Assembly: GCA_043827325.1 (NCBI GenBank)
Contig: JBDRPF010000021.1
Coordinates: 2,255 to 66,254 of the forward strand
Direction: 5' to 3'
DNA from: Pseudomonadota bacterium
GTDB taxonomy: Bacteria > Desulfobacterota > Desulfobacteria > Desulfobacterales > UBA11574
DNA: 64,000 nucleotides
Shown piece by piece: positions 28,244 through 37,643 of this stretch (position 1 is its first letter; each line of letters starts with the position of its first letter). Under the pieces are notes generated by a model. The model saw only the letters and a list, made by a program, of their open reading frames with translations, did not search any database and was not told the DNA's origin. Made by a program: the position numbers and the translations under genes.

Positions 28244-28295
28244 ATATGTCGAAATAATGCCTCAATTTCGACATATACTTGCTTATATGTCGAAG
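28244..28295. repeat. 12-bp perfect inverted repeat plus third direct copy at the right edge of the island
   Basis: ATATGTCGAAAT (28244-28255) and ATTTCGACATAT (28265-28276) are separated by 9 nt, followed by ATATGTCGAAG (28285-28295). Confidence 0.7.
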
Positions 28296-28538
28296 TCATC
28301 GACAGTTAATCGGTATTAAAAAAACTTTTTGTCCTACAGGTTGATATTTTATTCGAATGCGCAATTTGGATATTTACACTTTATTGTCGGCAGGCGGGAC
28401 GGCTTTAAAATCTAATTCTCCAGAACTTATTCCGAAGTGCTGGTGATTAAGTCAACCTGTCAATATCTAAGGAAATTGTAAAGAATAATCAGATTTGCCA
28501 ACAAGGAGGATAATATGCACGGCCTTGAAAATTTCGGG

Positions 28539-29630
28539 CTAGGAACTGTGGTATCGATAGTATGCCGCGCAGGTTCCTTCGCTGGAAACCATGCAGGCCC
28601 CTACCGGGTCCTCCGGCGTACAGACCTTTCTATAGAGGGCGCACTCCGGAGGGGTTTTCAAACCCGTAAGAATTTCACCGCACGCGCATCCTCTGGGCTC
28701 CTTTGCCTCGGGAACATGGATTTCAAATATCTTTTGCGCATCAAATGCCGAAAACTCCTCTCGTATGGCCAGACCGCTTTCCGGAATGACGCCGATACCG
28801 CGCCAAACGGCGTCCACGGTTTCAAAAATGTCCAGAAGGATCTTTTGCGCCTTTTCATTTCCGCTGAAGGTCACGGCCCGCCGGTAACCGTTTTCCAGCC
28901 TGGCATCCCCGTTTTCGATCTGTTTCGCCAGCATGAAAATGGCCTGCAGGATATCCACCGGTTCAAAACCCGCGATGGCGCACGGCACGGCATATTTCTC
29001 GACCAGGGAAAGGTACGCCCTTTCGCCGATAATGACGGAAACGTGGCCGGGGAGAATAAACCCGTCCACCTTGACGTTTCCGGTTTTCATCAGCGCGACC
29101 AGAGCGGGCGGAACCAGCTTGTGAACGGAGAACACGGAATAGTTCTCGATCCCCATCTGTTTTGCGGCGACGATGGATGCGGCGATTGTCGGTGCGGTTG
29201 TTTCAAACCCCACCCCCAGAAAGACCACCCTCTTTTGGGGATTTTTTTTGGCGATCTCGAGGGCATCGAATGTCGAATAAACGATCCGGATGTCCCCGCC
29301 GCCCGCCCGTTCATTTTGCAGGGAAGATCGGGTCCCGGGGACTCTTATCAGATCTCCGAATGTCGTAACGATGACATCTTCTATTCCGGCCAGCTCTATA
29401 AAGGCATCGATTTCATGCTGGGCCGTCACACACACCGGGCACCCGGGGCCGGAGAGCAGAGAAATGGTGCCCGGGAGCAAAGACCGTATGCCGCTTCTGA
29501 AGATCGACATGGTGTGGGTACCGCAGACTTCCATGAGGCGGATGTCTTTTTGGGCGACTTTTTTTATCTGTTCAACGAGGGCCGCTGAAATGGCCGGATC
29601 CCTGTATTCTTCCATGTGTTTGATTGTCAT
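28539..29630 (-). CDS. hypD: hydrogenase maturation protein HypD
   Basis: 363 aa. Motifs MEVCGTHT, GPGCPVCVT, GFETTAP and PGHVS. Confidence 0.93.
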   Translation of the reverse strand: MTIKHMEEYRDPAISAALVEQIKKVAQKDIRLMEVCGTHTMSIFRSGIRSLLPGTISLLSGPGCPVCVTAQHEIDAFIELAGIEDVIVTTFGDLIRVPGTRSSLQNERAGGGDIRIVYSTFDALEIAKKNPQKRVVFLGVGFETTAPTIAASIVAAKQMGIENYSVFSVHKLVPPALVALMKTGNVKVDGFILPGHVSVIIGERAYLSLVEKYAVPCAIAGFEPVDILQAIFMLAKQIENGDARLENGYRRAVTFSGNEKAQKILLDIFETVDAVWRGIGVIPESGLAIREEFSAFDAQKIFEIHVPEAKEPRGCACGEILTGLKTPPECALYRKVCTPEDPVGACMVSSEGTCAAYYRYHSS

Positions 29631-29811
29631 TTTTTTTAACTTTTAACCTCTCTATTTCACCCTCCCCTATCCCCTCCCATCAAGGGGGAGGAATTCTTAA
29701 GAATATAAAACGTCAGGTTTCATGTAAAATCAAGAAAGAAAAGACCTGATTATACTGGCTTTATCACGACCAGGAATGGACGTCCTTTTAAATGCTTCAA
29801 CACGTCGCTCG

Positions 29812-32094
29812 CTATCCCTTCGCAACCGCGGCGGCAACCACGGCCTGGCCCAGAGAAATACCCCCGTCATTGGTCGGAACGCGGCTGTGCGCAAAGACAC
29901 GAAACCCTTTTTTCTCCAGTGCCTGCGTCAGACCGGTCAAGAGCAGAGAGTTCTGGAACACGCCTCCGCTTAAAACCGCGTCTTTGATGCCGGTTTCTTT
30001 TCTCAGTGTGCCGCACAGTTCTGCAAAAATCCGGATCAGCGTCGCGTGAAACTTTCCACCGATCTCGGAAGGCCCTGCCCCTTTTTTAACATCCCCCACC
30101 ACACCGCGAATCACGGGTTCCGGCAAAACGGTATAGATTCCCCCTCCGGAAGACCATTCATAGTCATAAGCCGTATCCGCGATTTCCCCGGTCATCATCT
30201 CCAGTTCCATGGCCGCCTGCCCCTCGTAGAACACGTGATTTCGGATGCCGGTTATCGCCGCAACACCGTCAAACAGCCGCCCCAGACTCGACGTCCATGG
30301 AGAATTGACCTTTTTCCGGATCATATCCACAATAAATTGAATACGCTCTTTAGGGATTTCTTCCAGGCCCGGAAGTTCGATGTCCGGAAATTCCTCACCG
30401 AAAGTATGGTAAAGATAGCTAACAGCCATGCGCCAGGGTTCCTTGATAGCGGCCGCACTTCCGGGCATCGGGACATAAGCCATGTGCGCAGCCCGCCTGA
30501 ATCGACCCGGTTCGGTTACCAGCACCTCTCCGCCCCATATCGCTCCGTCCGAACCGTACCCGGTACCGTCAAAAGAAAGCCCGATGACCGGTCCATCCAG
30601 CCGGTTTTCCGCCATACAGCTAACGATGTGCGCGTGATGATGCTGGACCTGCACCTTCTCAACACCCGTCAGTTCCTGCGCATAGATGGTACTCAAGTAA
30701 TCGGGATGAAAATCATAGGCGACAATCTCCGGATCGATGTCCAGAATCCGTTTCATGTGATCGATGGTCATTGTAAAAAATTCATAGGATGAAAGATTTT
30801 CAAGGTCACCGATGTGCTGGCTCAAAAAAGCGGTTTTTTCTTTTGTGACACACACCGTGTTCTTTAATTCAGCACCGCAGGCGAGGATATGGGGAACTTT
30901 CTCTTTCAAAAAAACCGGGGTCGGAATGTACCCTCTCGAGCGACGGATCAGACGGGGTGAACCGGCCGTTTGCTTGACAATAGAGTCGTCACTCCGAAGG
31001 TAGATGTCTCTGTTGTGAACCAGAAAATAATCGGCAATACCGGAAAGCCGCTCGAAGGCATCGCCGTTGTCGATGGCGATGGGCTCCTCGCTCATGTTGC
31101 CGCTGGTCATCACCAGCGCTAAAAAACCATGACTCAAAAGAAGGTAATGAAGCGGCGTGTAGGGAAGCATCGCGCCAAAGTAGTTGTTTTTTGGCGACAC
31201 TTCATCCGACAAACCCTCCGGGATTTTCTTTTTTAAAATGACAATGGGCCGCTGGGGTGACGCAAGCAACGCCGCCTCTTCCGGATCGACATGCGCATAG
31301 GATAGAATCTGTGTAATATTCGGGGACATGACCGCAAGCGGCTTTTGCTCCCGATGTTTTCTTTTCCGAAGCCGCCGCACCGCTTCATGGTTTTGCGCGT
31401 CCACGGCAAGGTGAAACCCGCCCAACCCCTTGACGGCAACAATGTGCCCCTGTTTTAAAAGTGATGCGGTTTCTTCAATGGGGCTCTGAACCTCGATTTT
31501 TTTCCCGGAGGTTTCATGGAGGGTGACATGCGGCCCGCACACAGGACACGCATTGGGCTGGGCGTGAAATCTTCTGTTCCCCGGATCATCATATTCGGCC
31601 CGGCAGTGGTCACACATTGTAAAATGCTTCATGGACGTATTCGGCCGGTCGTAGGGAATATCGTCAATGATGGTGTATCTGGGGCCGCAGTTGGTGCAGT
31701 TGGTAAATGGATACCCATGCCGGCGATCTCCCGGATCGAAGATCTCTCTCAGGCAGTCTTCACAAACAGACACATCCGGTGAAATCAGTGTGGCCCGATG
31801 GGATTCAGCCTTGCTGGCGACAATAGAGAATTCCTCGAACCCCCTGACGGATTCGTCTTGAATCAGAACCTCGGTGATACGGGCGATCGGCGGGGGCTTT
31901 CGGGTGAGATCGGCGCAGAAACGGTCGACACTTTCATTGGGCCCTTCAATGTGCACGGTTACACCGGATGATGTGTTCGCGACCGTTCCTTTTATTCCGA
32001 ATTGTCTTGCGAGCTGATAAACAAACGGCCGGAATCCCACGCCTTGAACGATACCGCTGATTTTGAGCTGTTTTGCAGTGATTTTTTTTGCCAT
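29812..32094 (-). CDS. hypF: carbamoyltransferase HypF
   Basis: 760 aa. Acylphosphatase-like N-terminus (GIVQGVGFRPFVY), two CxxC-x18-CxxC zinc fingers, and YrdC-like and Kae1-like domains. Confidence 0.93.
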   Translation of the reverse strand: MAKKITAKQLKISGIVQGVGFRPFVYQLARQFGIKGTVANTSSGVTVHIEGPNESVDRFCADLTRKPPPIARITEVLIQDESVRGFEEFSIVASKAESHRATLISPDVSVCEDCLREIFDPGDRRHGYPFTNCTNCGPRYTIIDDIPYDRPNTSMKHFTMCDHCRAEYDDPGNRRFHAQPNACPVCGPHVTLHETSGKKIEVQSPIEETASLLKQGHIVAVKGLGGFHLAVDAQNHEAVRRLRKRKHREQKPLAVMSPNITQILSYAHVDPEEAALLASPQRPIVILKKKIPEGLSDEVSPKNNYFGAMLPYTPLHYLLLSHGFLALVMTSGNMSEEPIAIDNGDAFERLSGIADYFLVHNRDIYLRSDDSIVKQTAGSPRLIRRSRGYIPTPVFLKEKVPHILACGAELKNTVCVTKEKTAFLSQHIGDLENLSSYEFFTMTIDHMKRILDIDPEIVAYDFHPDYLSTIYAQELTGVEKVQVQHHHAHIVSCMAENRLDGPVIGLSFDGTGYGSDGAIWGGEVLVTEPGRFRRAAHMAYVPMPGSAAAIKEPWRMAVSYLYHTFGEEFPDIELPGLEEIPKERIQFIVDMIRKKVNSPWTSSLGRLFDGVAAITGIRNHVFYEGQAAMELEMMTGEIADTAYDYEWSSGGGIYTVLPEPVIRGVVGDVKKGAGPSEIGGKFHATLIRIFAELCGTLRKETGIKDAVLSGGVFQNSLLLTGLTQALEKKGFRVFAHSRVPTNDGGISLGQAVVAAAVAKG

Positions 32095-32173
32095 GGCTGA
32101 CTGAGGAATTGAAGCTTATGTGACGATCTTATTAAAAAAGGGGGGCATGAAGTTTACGCAACCGGGTTGCATT

Positions 32174-32419
32174 TCATGAATTTGATTCATCTTCAAGTCG
32201 ATCCACCAGCGCGGCGGCCTCTCGCAGCAGGTTCAGCGTTTCCATTGCCACGGCCTCATCGAGTTTTTTGATGGCAAAACCGGCGTGGACGATCACGTAA
32301 TCGTTAACATTCGCATCTTCAAGGAGTAGCAGACTGGCCTCTCTTTTGACGCCGTCAACATCTATGGTTGCCATTTCATTTTCAATTTTTACAATCTTCG
32401 ATGGAATCGCCAGACACAT
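32174..32419 (-). CDS. hypC: hydrogenase assembly chaperone HypC/HupF
   Basis: 81 aa starting with MCLAIPSKIV. Confidence 0.9.
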   Translation of the reverse strand: MCLAIPSKIVKIENEMATIDVDGVKREASLLLLEDANVNDYVIVHAGFAIKKLDEAVAMETLNLLREAAALVDRLEDESNS

Positions 32420-32912
32420 TACCCTTAACTCCTTTTTTGTACGTGACCCCCAGGCGATCGAGCTCTTTTAAAACCATATCGATGACCGGGTCAATTTTCG
32501 ATGCGGTTGTTTCCGTAAGCTCAATGCTGAGCGTGTCGATATCTTCGGGCTCCGCACCGACAATGACTGTTTCCGGCACCGTATCAAGGATCTGGCACAT
32601 GGTCAAGGCCTCTAAAAAATCGACCTCGTGAAGGGAGCTTTTCGTCCGGATACGCTCGGGCAGATGGGTTCTTTCGAAACGATACAACGAACCGGGTTCG
32701 CCTTTATTTTTTATGGCATCGACAACGATCAGATGGTCTGCTTCGGACATGACGCCAAGAAGGTTCATGCCAAGGACGCCGCCGTCCACCACCGAAACAT
32801 TTTCCGGAAAATCATATGTTTCAAACAACCTTTCAATAACGCGCACACCAAATCCTTCGTCGCAGAAAAGAATGTTACCGATGCCAAGTATTACAATTTT
32901 TTTTGAATTCAT
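32382..32912 (-). CDS. hydrogenase maturation endopeptidase (HybD/HyaD family)
   Basis: 176 aa. Motifs ILGIGNILFCDEGFGVRV and VVDA. Confidence 0.88.
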   Translation of the reverse strand: MNSKKIVILGIGNILFCDEGFGVRVIERLFETYDFPENVSVVDGGVLGMNLLGVMSEADHLIVVDAIKNKGEPGSLYRFERTHLPERIRTKSSLHEVDFLEALTMCQILDTVPETVIVGAEPEDIDTLSIELTETTASKIDPVIDMVLKELDRLGVTYKKGVKGNVSGDSIEDCKN

Positions 32913-33101
32913 TTTGGGAACCGTTATAAATTTCCATTCGAAAGTTTCTTCAGATATCCTATTCTCTCAAAATATTCAAGGGCAAGAATCCATCCGGCGA
33001 CGGATATCCCGCGTGGAGAGATTTTTTAAAGGTGTGATCGGAAATCGGGTGGGTTTCCTCTCAGCCTCCCGATTTGATGGAGGCTGAGAGGAAAATAGAC
33101 G

Positions 33102-34754
33102 TTATAGAACCTTGAACTTATACACCTGATTGGAATCAGGATCGATAACATGAACACCGCAGGCGACGCAGGGGTCAAAGGAATGGACCGTCCGCAAAAT
33201 CTCCAGGGGCCGCTTGGGGTCTTCAACCGGCGTCCCGATGAGGGCTTCTTCCACCGGTCCCATCTTGCCCTGGGAGCATCGGGGTCCGAGGTTCCAGGTC
33301 GACGGCACGACATACTGGTAATTTGCGATCTTCTTTTTGTCGATATTGATCCAGTGACCCAGAGAGCCTCTCGGCACGTCGTTCAATCCCACGCCCTGGG
33401 CGCTGTCGGGCATTTCCCAGGCCTGATAGGTCTTGGTATCGCCGTTCTTGATATTTCCGACCAACTCCATAATCCAGCCTTCCATGGCATTTCCGATGAC
33501 AAGGGTCTCGAGCCCTCTGGCCGCGGTTCTTCCCAGGGTCGAAAAGAGAGCCTGAACCGGAACACCCAGGGTTGCCAGTGTGCTGTTCACCACTTCAACG
33601 ACCTCGGGTTTTCCCTTGGCATAGGCCACAAGCACCCGTGCCAGCGGACCCACTTCACAGGCCTCCGTTTCATAACGCGGTGCCTTGAACCATGAGTATT
33701 TTCCGTCTCCGGGTTTGTATGCGGGATTTTCCTTCAGCGGTTTGGTCTCGCCCTCGTAAGGATGTTTGGGCGTTCCGGCTTCGTACCACGCACGCTGAAC
33801 GTCCTCAACAACCGCTTCCTGTTTGGCCATGGCCACGCCGGCAAGATCCCGGTTTTTTATCACGCCTCTGGGCATAAACAGGCTGTCGGGCTCCTGATCG
33901 CTCATGGGGAATTCGCCCCAGGCGTGGAAATTGGTGGTGCCGCCGATGGCGCCCCAGTCCTTGTAAAAGGATGCCACCGCAACAAGGTCAGGGATATAAA
34001 CATTTCTGATAAAGCTCTGCGTCTCTTTCCAGAGATACAGAAATTCAGCGATCCTGTCGGGTGTCAGGTCCTTGACGCAGGTGACGCCGCCCACCACCAG
34101 CCCTTGCAGGTGGGGGTTCTTTCCGGCGAATATGGCGTGCATCCGGGCGGCCCTGGCCTGCATTCGCAATGCTTCAATATAATGGGCGCAGGCCATGAGG
34201 TTCGCTTCAGGCGGGAGCTTGTACGCCGGATGTCCCCAGTAGGCATTGCTGAAAGGACCCAGTTGGCCGCTTTCGACAAAGGTTTTCAGCCGCTGCTGAA
34301 CCTGTTTGTAATAGGCAGCCCCCCCAAACGATGCATTGCTGACAGTGTCCGCCAGTGCCGCGGTTGCCGCAGGGTCGGCTTTGGTCGTCGCACTGACGAT
34401 ATCGACCCAGTCCAAAGCATGGAGATGATAAAAGTGAACAAGGTGGTCTGCTTGAAACTGTGCGCCGTGGAGAAGGTTTCGAATAATCCGGGCGTTGTCC
34501 GGAATCCTAACCTTTACGGCGTCTTCAACTGCCCTCACCGAGGCCAGTGCATGTGTCAACGTTCAGACGCCGCAGGAGCGCTGAACAAAATGGTGCGCGT
34601 CCCGGGGATCACGTCCCTGGAGAATCAGCTCAATCCCCCTGAACATCTGGCCCGAACTCCAGGCGTTCTTGACTTTGCCGCCTTCGACCTCTACCTCGAT
34701 GCGAAGGTGGCCTTCTATTCTGGTGATTGGATCTATGGTTATTCTTTTACTCAT
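33102..34754 (-). CDS. [NiFe] hydrogenase large subunit with in-frame TGA (candidate selenocysteine) in the N-terminal Ni-binding motif
   Basis: Track ORFs 34563..34754 (…[10 protein letters not shown]) and 33102..34559 ([13 protein letters not shown]…[13 protein letters not shown]) are one reading frame, joined by the TGA at 34563-34565. Joined, they read [16 protein letters not shown] against the canonical RxCGVCTxxHALAS. The total is 550 codons. Confidence 0.85.
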
Positions 34755-34807
34755 ATTATCTCCTCCTTTTTTCGTAAAAAGGATTACACGTTAATTGATG
34801 CTTCCGG

Positions 34808-35767
34808 TTACATTTCCTGATAGAACGGGCTGAACTTGTCCCAGAAATCGGGTTCACTGCATCCGATGCAGGGGTGGCCCGCTTCAACCGGCCAGCTGGT
34901 GCCGTCATTGAATTTTGCGATCGGGCAGTTGTTGTATGTTTCAGGCCCTCTGCACCCCATTTTGTAGAGGCAGTATCCCATGGCCGCCTCTTTGGACCCG
35001 AACTCGGTGACAAACTCATCATTTTCAAAATGGCCTCTTCTCGGGCACTGATCGTGAATGGTCTGCCCATAGGCAAAGAGCGGTCTGCCGAGATCGTCCA
35101 GGGCCGGAAGTTTGCCGAGGAGGAGATAGTTTACAACGGTTCCGACGAAGTTTATCGGATTCGGGGGGCAACCCGCTATGTTCACTGTCTTCACGCCCAG
35201 GGCCTCGCTGACACTCTTGTATCCGCCGGGATTCGGTTTGGCCGCCTGGACGCCTCCGAATGTAGAGCAAGCGCCGATGCAAATCGTTGCGGCGGCCTTG
35301 GGAATGACATCCTTTGCGATCTCCAGAAATGTACGGCCGCCGATTTTTCCGTAGGCGCCGTTATACTTCGTCGCAATGGCCCCTTCCACAACGCAGATAA
35401 ATTTTCCCTCGTACTTTTTCACCGCTGCGTGGAGCTGCTCCTCGGCCTGCATTCCGGCAGCCGCCATGATGGTTTCATGGTATTCTACGGAAAGCACCTC
35501 AAGAACCAGTTCATCAACATAAGGATACTGGGATCTCAAAAGCGCCTCCGAGCATCCCGTACACTCGGCAAAGTGAAGCCATACGACCGGCGTGCGCTGC
35601 GCTGGCGCGGCAAACACCTCTGCCACCTTCGGGACAAACGCCGACGAAAGCCCCATGGTAGCGGTAAGCGCCGTGCAGTACTTCATGAAGTCTCTTCGTG
35701 AAACTCCCTTCTGCTCTAGCCTTTTGTAAAATTCTTTTTCCCTTTCCATTGGCACCTCCTGATGCAA
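34808..35767 (-). CDS. [NiFe] hydrogenase small subunit (Tat-exported)
   Basis: 319 aa. Twin-arginine signal SRRDFMKYC and Fe-S cysteine motifs (CTGCSE, GxCxxxGG, CIGC). Confidence 0.92.
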   Translation of the reverse strand: MHQEVPMEREKEFYKRLEQKGVSRRDFMKYCTALTATMGLSSAFVPKVAEVFAAPAQRTPVVWLHFAECTGCSEALLRSQYPYVDELVLEVLSVEYHETIMAAAGMQAEEQLHAAVKKYEGKFICVVEGAIATKYNGAYGKIGGRTFLEIAKDVIPKAAATICIGACSTFGGVQAAKPNPGGYKSVSEALGVKTVNIAGCPPNPINFVGTVVNYLLLGKLPALDDLGRPLFAYGQTIHDQCPRRGHFENDEFVTEFGSKEAAMGYCLYKMGCRGPETYNNCPIAKFNDGTSWPVEAGHPCIGCSEPDFWDKFSPFYQEM

Positions 35768-36094
35768 TTAGTAGTAGCTCAAAATACGACGACATCTAAG
35801 GCTTAAAACAATTCGTTGCCCCTGCAGCTTTTGCCCCTGTTTTTTATACCCCAACAGGGCTGAAGCTGAATGAATCTGCCTAAAACCATCTCCTTTATTC
35901 TGGATTCCCCAAAGATGAAAAAACTCTTTAACTATGCCCAATTAAATGTTTTTGTCAAGTTTATATTCCGAACATCATTCAGACAAATCAATTCCACCTG
36001 CCCGATCCGTGAGGACCGCGTCCGGACGCCGACAGGGAAAGCACCGGGATCCGCTGCATACGCACAGTGTGAAGTACAAAATGCAACTGCGGTT

Positions 36095-36937
36095 TTAATG
36101 CTTTCGTTTATGATCGATGCTGTGCCTGAGCCAATGGATCCAGGGCCCGAAGCCGTCTTCGGTTTTGGCCGACACCTCAAAGACCGGCATGCCGGGATGT
36201 ATCTGCAGGATATTTCTTACAGCCGCCTCCCGATCGTAATCGAGGTACGGGAGCAGGTCGATTTTATTCAGCAGTGCCACATCGCATTCACGAAACATCA
36301 GGGGATATTTTAACGGCTTGTCTTCGCCTTCCGTTACGCTCAGAACCACCGCCCGCGCATCCTCGCCGATATCGAACTCCGCGGGGCAGACAAGGTTCCC
36401 GACGTTTTCCACGATCAACAGGTTAACGCCATCAAGGTCGAGGCCGCTTGCCGCCTTTTCAATAACGTGGGCAGCGAGATGACAGTCACCGCCGAACTCG
36501 TCCGTGTTGATCTGAACCACCGGCGCACCGGATTCAGCAAGTCGATCGGCATCGTTTGTGGTACAGATATCTCCGACAATGACCGCGCATTTTATATCCG
36601 GCATCACATGCGACAGCGTCTTTTCAAGCAGCGTCGTCTTTCCGGACCCCGGAGAGCTCATCACATTGAGTACGAACACCTCTTTTTCCAAAAAAAACGT
36701 CCTGTTCCGCTCCGCCATCGCATCGTTGACGGCCAGGACCCTTCGAACAATTTTAATTTCCCGTGTGCCGGTTTTCTTTCTCTCTATGGCAGCACCGGTG
36801 TTCGCATGGGAATGGGGGGGGGAGTGAAAATCCTTGTGGTGGTAATACACTGGTGTTTTATTAAAGTTTATCGGCAATTTTCGTATCCTCATCCGAAATT
36901 TCAATGGATTCAATGTCCAGTTCACGGCCCGAGACAA
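36095..36937 (-). CDS. hypB: hydrogenase nickel incorporation GTPase HypB
   Basis: P-loop SSPGSGKTTLLEKT and His-rich YYHHKDFHSPPHSHA. The true start is uncertain: the track ORF overlaps hypA, and candidates are the ATG at 36892 or a GTG just after the hypA stop. Confidence 0.88.
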   Translation of the reverse strand: MSRAVNWTLNPLKFRMRIRKLPINFNKTPVYYHHKDFHSPPHSHANTGAAIERKKTGTREIKIVRRVLAVNDAMAERNRTFFLEKEVFVLNVMSSPGSGKTTLLEKTLSHVMPDIKCAVIVGDICTTNDADRLAESGAPVVQINTDEFGGDCHLAAHVIEKAASGLDLDGVNLLIVENVGNLVCPAEFDIGEDARAVVLSVTEGEDKPLKYPLMFRECDVALLNKIDLLPYLDYDREAAVRNILQIHPGMPVFEVSAKTEDGFGPWIHWLRHSIDHKRKH

Positions 36938-37235
36938 TTTCGATGGCGCCGCTCTTGCATTTTTTGCACGTGAACGCCGGCTCTGTTATCGTCCACTCGG
37001 TGCGGCACTCCCGGCAGACCGCAACAACCGGGACTTCTTCGATATCGAGCACTGCACCGGAGAGCGGCGTATCCTTGGCCGCAATTTCAAAACAGAAGCG
37101 GAGGCTCTCCGGAACGACCGCAGCCAGTTTGCCCACTCTGAGATTGACCTTTTCAACCCGGGCATTCCTCATGTCTTCGGGTATCGAAGCGGTTGCAATC
37201 TCCAGTATCTGCATTGCAATGCCCATTTCATGCAT
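36861..37235 (-). CDS. hypA: hydrogenase nickel insertion protein HypA
   Basis: Canonical N-terminus MHEMGIAMQIL, so I trim the track ORF from 37268 to 37235. Zinc site CRECRTE...CKKC. Confidence 0.88.
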   Translation of the reverse strand: MHEMGIAMQILEIATASIPEDMRNARVEKVNLRVGKLAAVVPESLRFCFEIAAKDTPLSGAVLDIEEVPVVAVCRECRTEWTITEPAFTCKKCKSGAIEIVSGRELDIESIEISDEDTKIADKL

Positions 37236-37435
37236 GAATAGCCTCTTAAAGTGAGTCTCAACCCGCATAGCGGGTGGCCTCAGTAAGCCTCTCCTGAATG
37301 GGGGCCAAAAGCGCTTTTGAGCCTAAATTCTAAATCCGAAGTACGCGCGAAGCATCCCGACGGGGATAAATCCGAAACAAATTCGAATGAACAAAATTCA
37401 AAATTTTAAACAATAATTGTGCGATGTTCAACATA

Positions 37436-37464
37436 CAAAAAAGCCTGCGATACCGAGAGGCTTT
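37436..37464 (-). terminator. candidate intrinsic terminator downstream of sucCD
   Basis: The minus strand reads AAAGCCT-ctcggtatcgc-AGGCTTT followed by TTTTGT. It lies about 180 nt after the sucD stop, inside a larger imperfect palindrome. Confidence 0.4.
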
Positions 37465-37643
37465 AGGTAAATTTTTGGCTTTGTTTTTCTCTTTCGAACA
37501 TTCGAATTTCGGATTTGTTTCGAAGTTCGAAATTCGAATTTCGTGCTTTGCATCGTATTTTTCCCCGGATCGGTAGAACCTCTCCGGGTCCATCACCAGA
37601 GGTGGTGGGTTTAGATCACAACTAAATCCACAAGGCATATCGC

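Larger units (their letters stand above)
17930..28538. mobile_element. putative horizontally acquired island inserted between hypD and hypE (no integrase seen)
   Basis: hypD (stop at 28539) and hypE (start at 17929) are normally adjacent. The 10.6 kb between them is visibly more AT-rich. It encodes Fic, orphan proteins, a nuclease-gene remnant, an R-M-like operon with its own lexA, and a toxin-antitoxin pair. Confidence 0.6.

Noticed and set aside
17930-28538. Search for integrase, transposase, tRNA target or terminal direct repeats that would define the island as an integrative element or prophage.
   Set aside because: None is recognisable by eye in any frame. The island call therefore rests only on synteny interruption, composition and cargo type, and is kept at moderate confidence.
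28515-29588. A 357-aa plus-strand ORF with an apparently good AAGGAGG-N7-ATG start at the island/hypD border.
   Set aside because: It runs entirely antisense to a clearly conserved hypD and has Gly/Arg/Pro-rich, low-complexity composition typical of shadow ORFs in GC-rich genes. The same applies to other long antisense ORFs: 12950..13918, 17006..17968, 33762..34820, 37647..38540, 39454..40455 and 44629..45633.
35768-36094. Stem CCCTGTT/AACAGGG (about 35840-35868) upstream of the hydrogenase small-subunit gene, considered as a terminator for hypAB.
   Set aside because: No U-tract follows on the transcribed strand, and it lies over 220 nt from the hypB stop. The support is insufficient.
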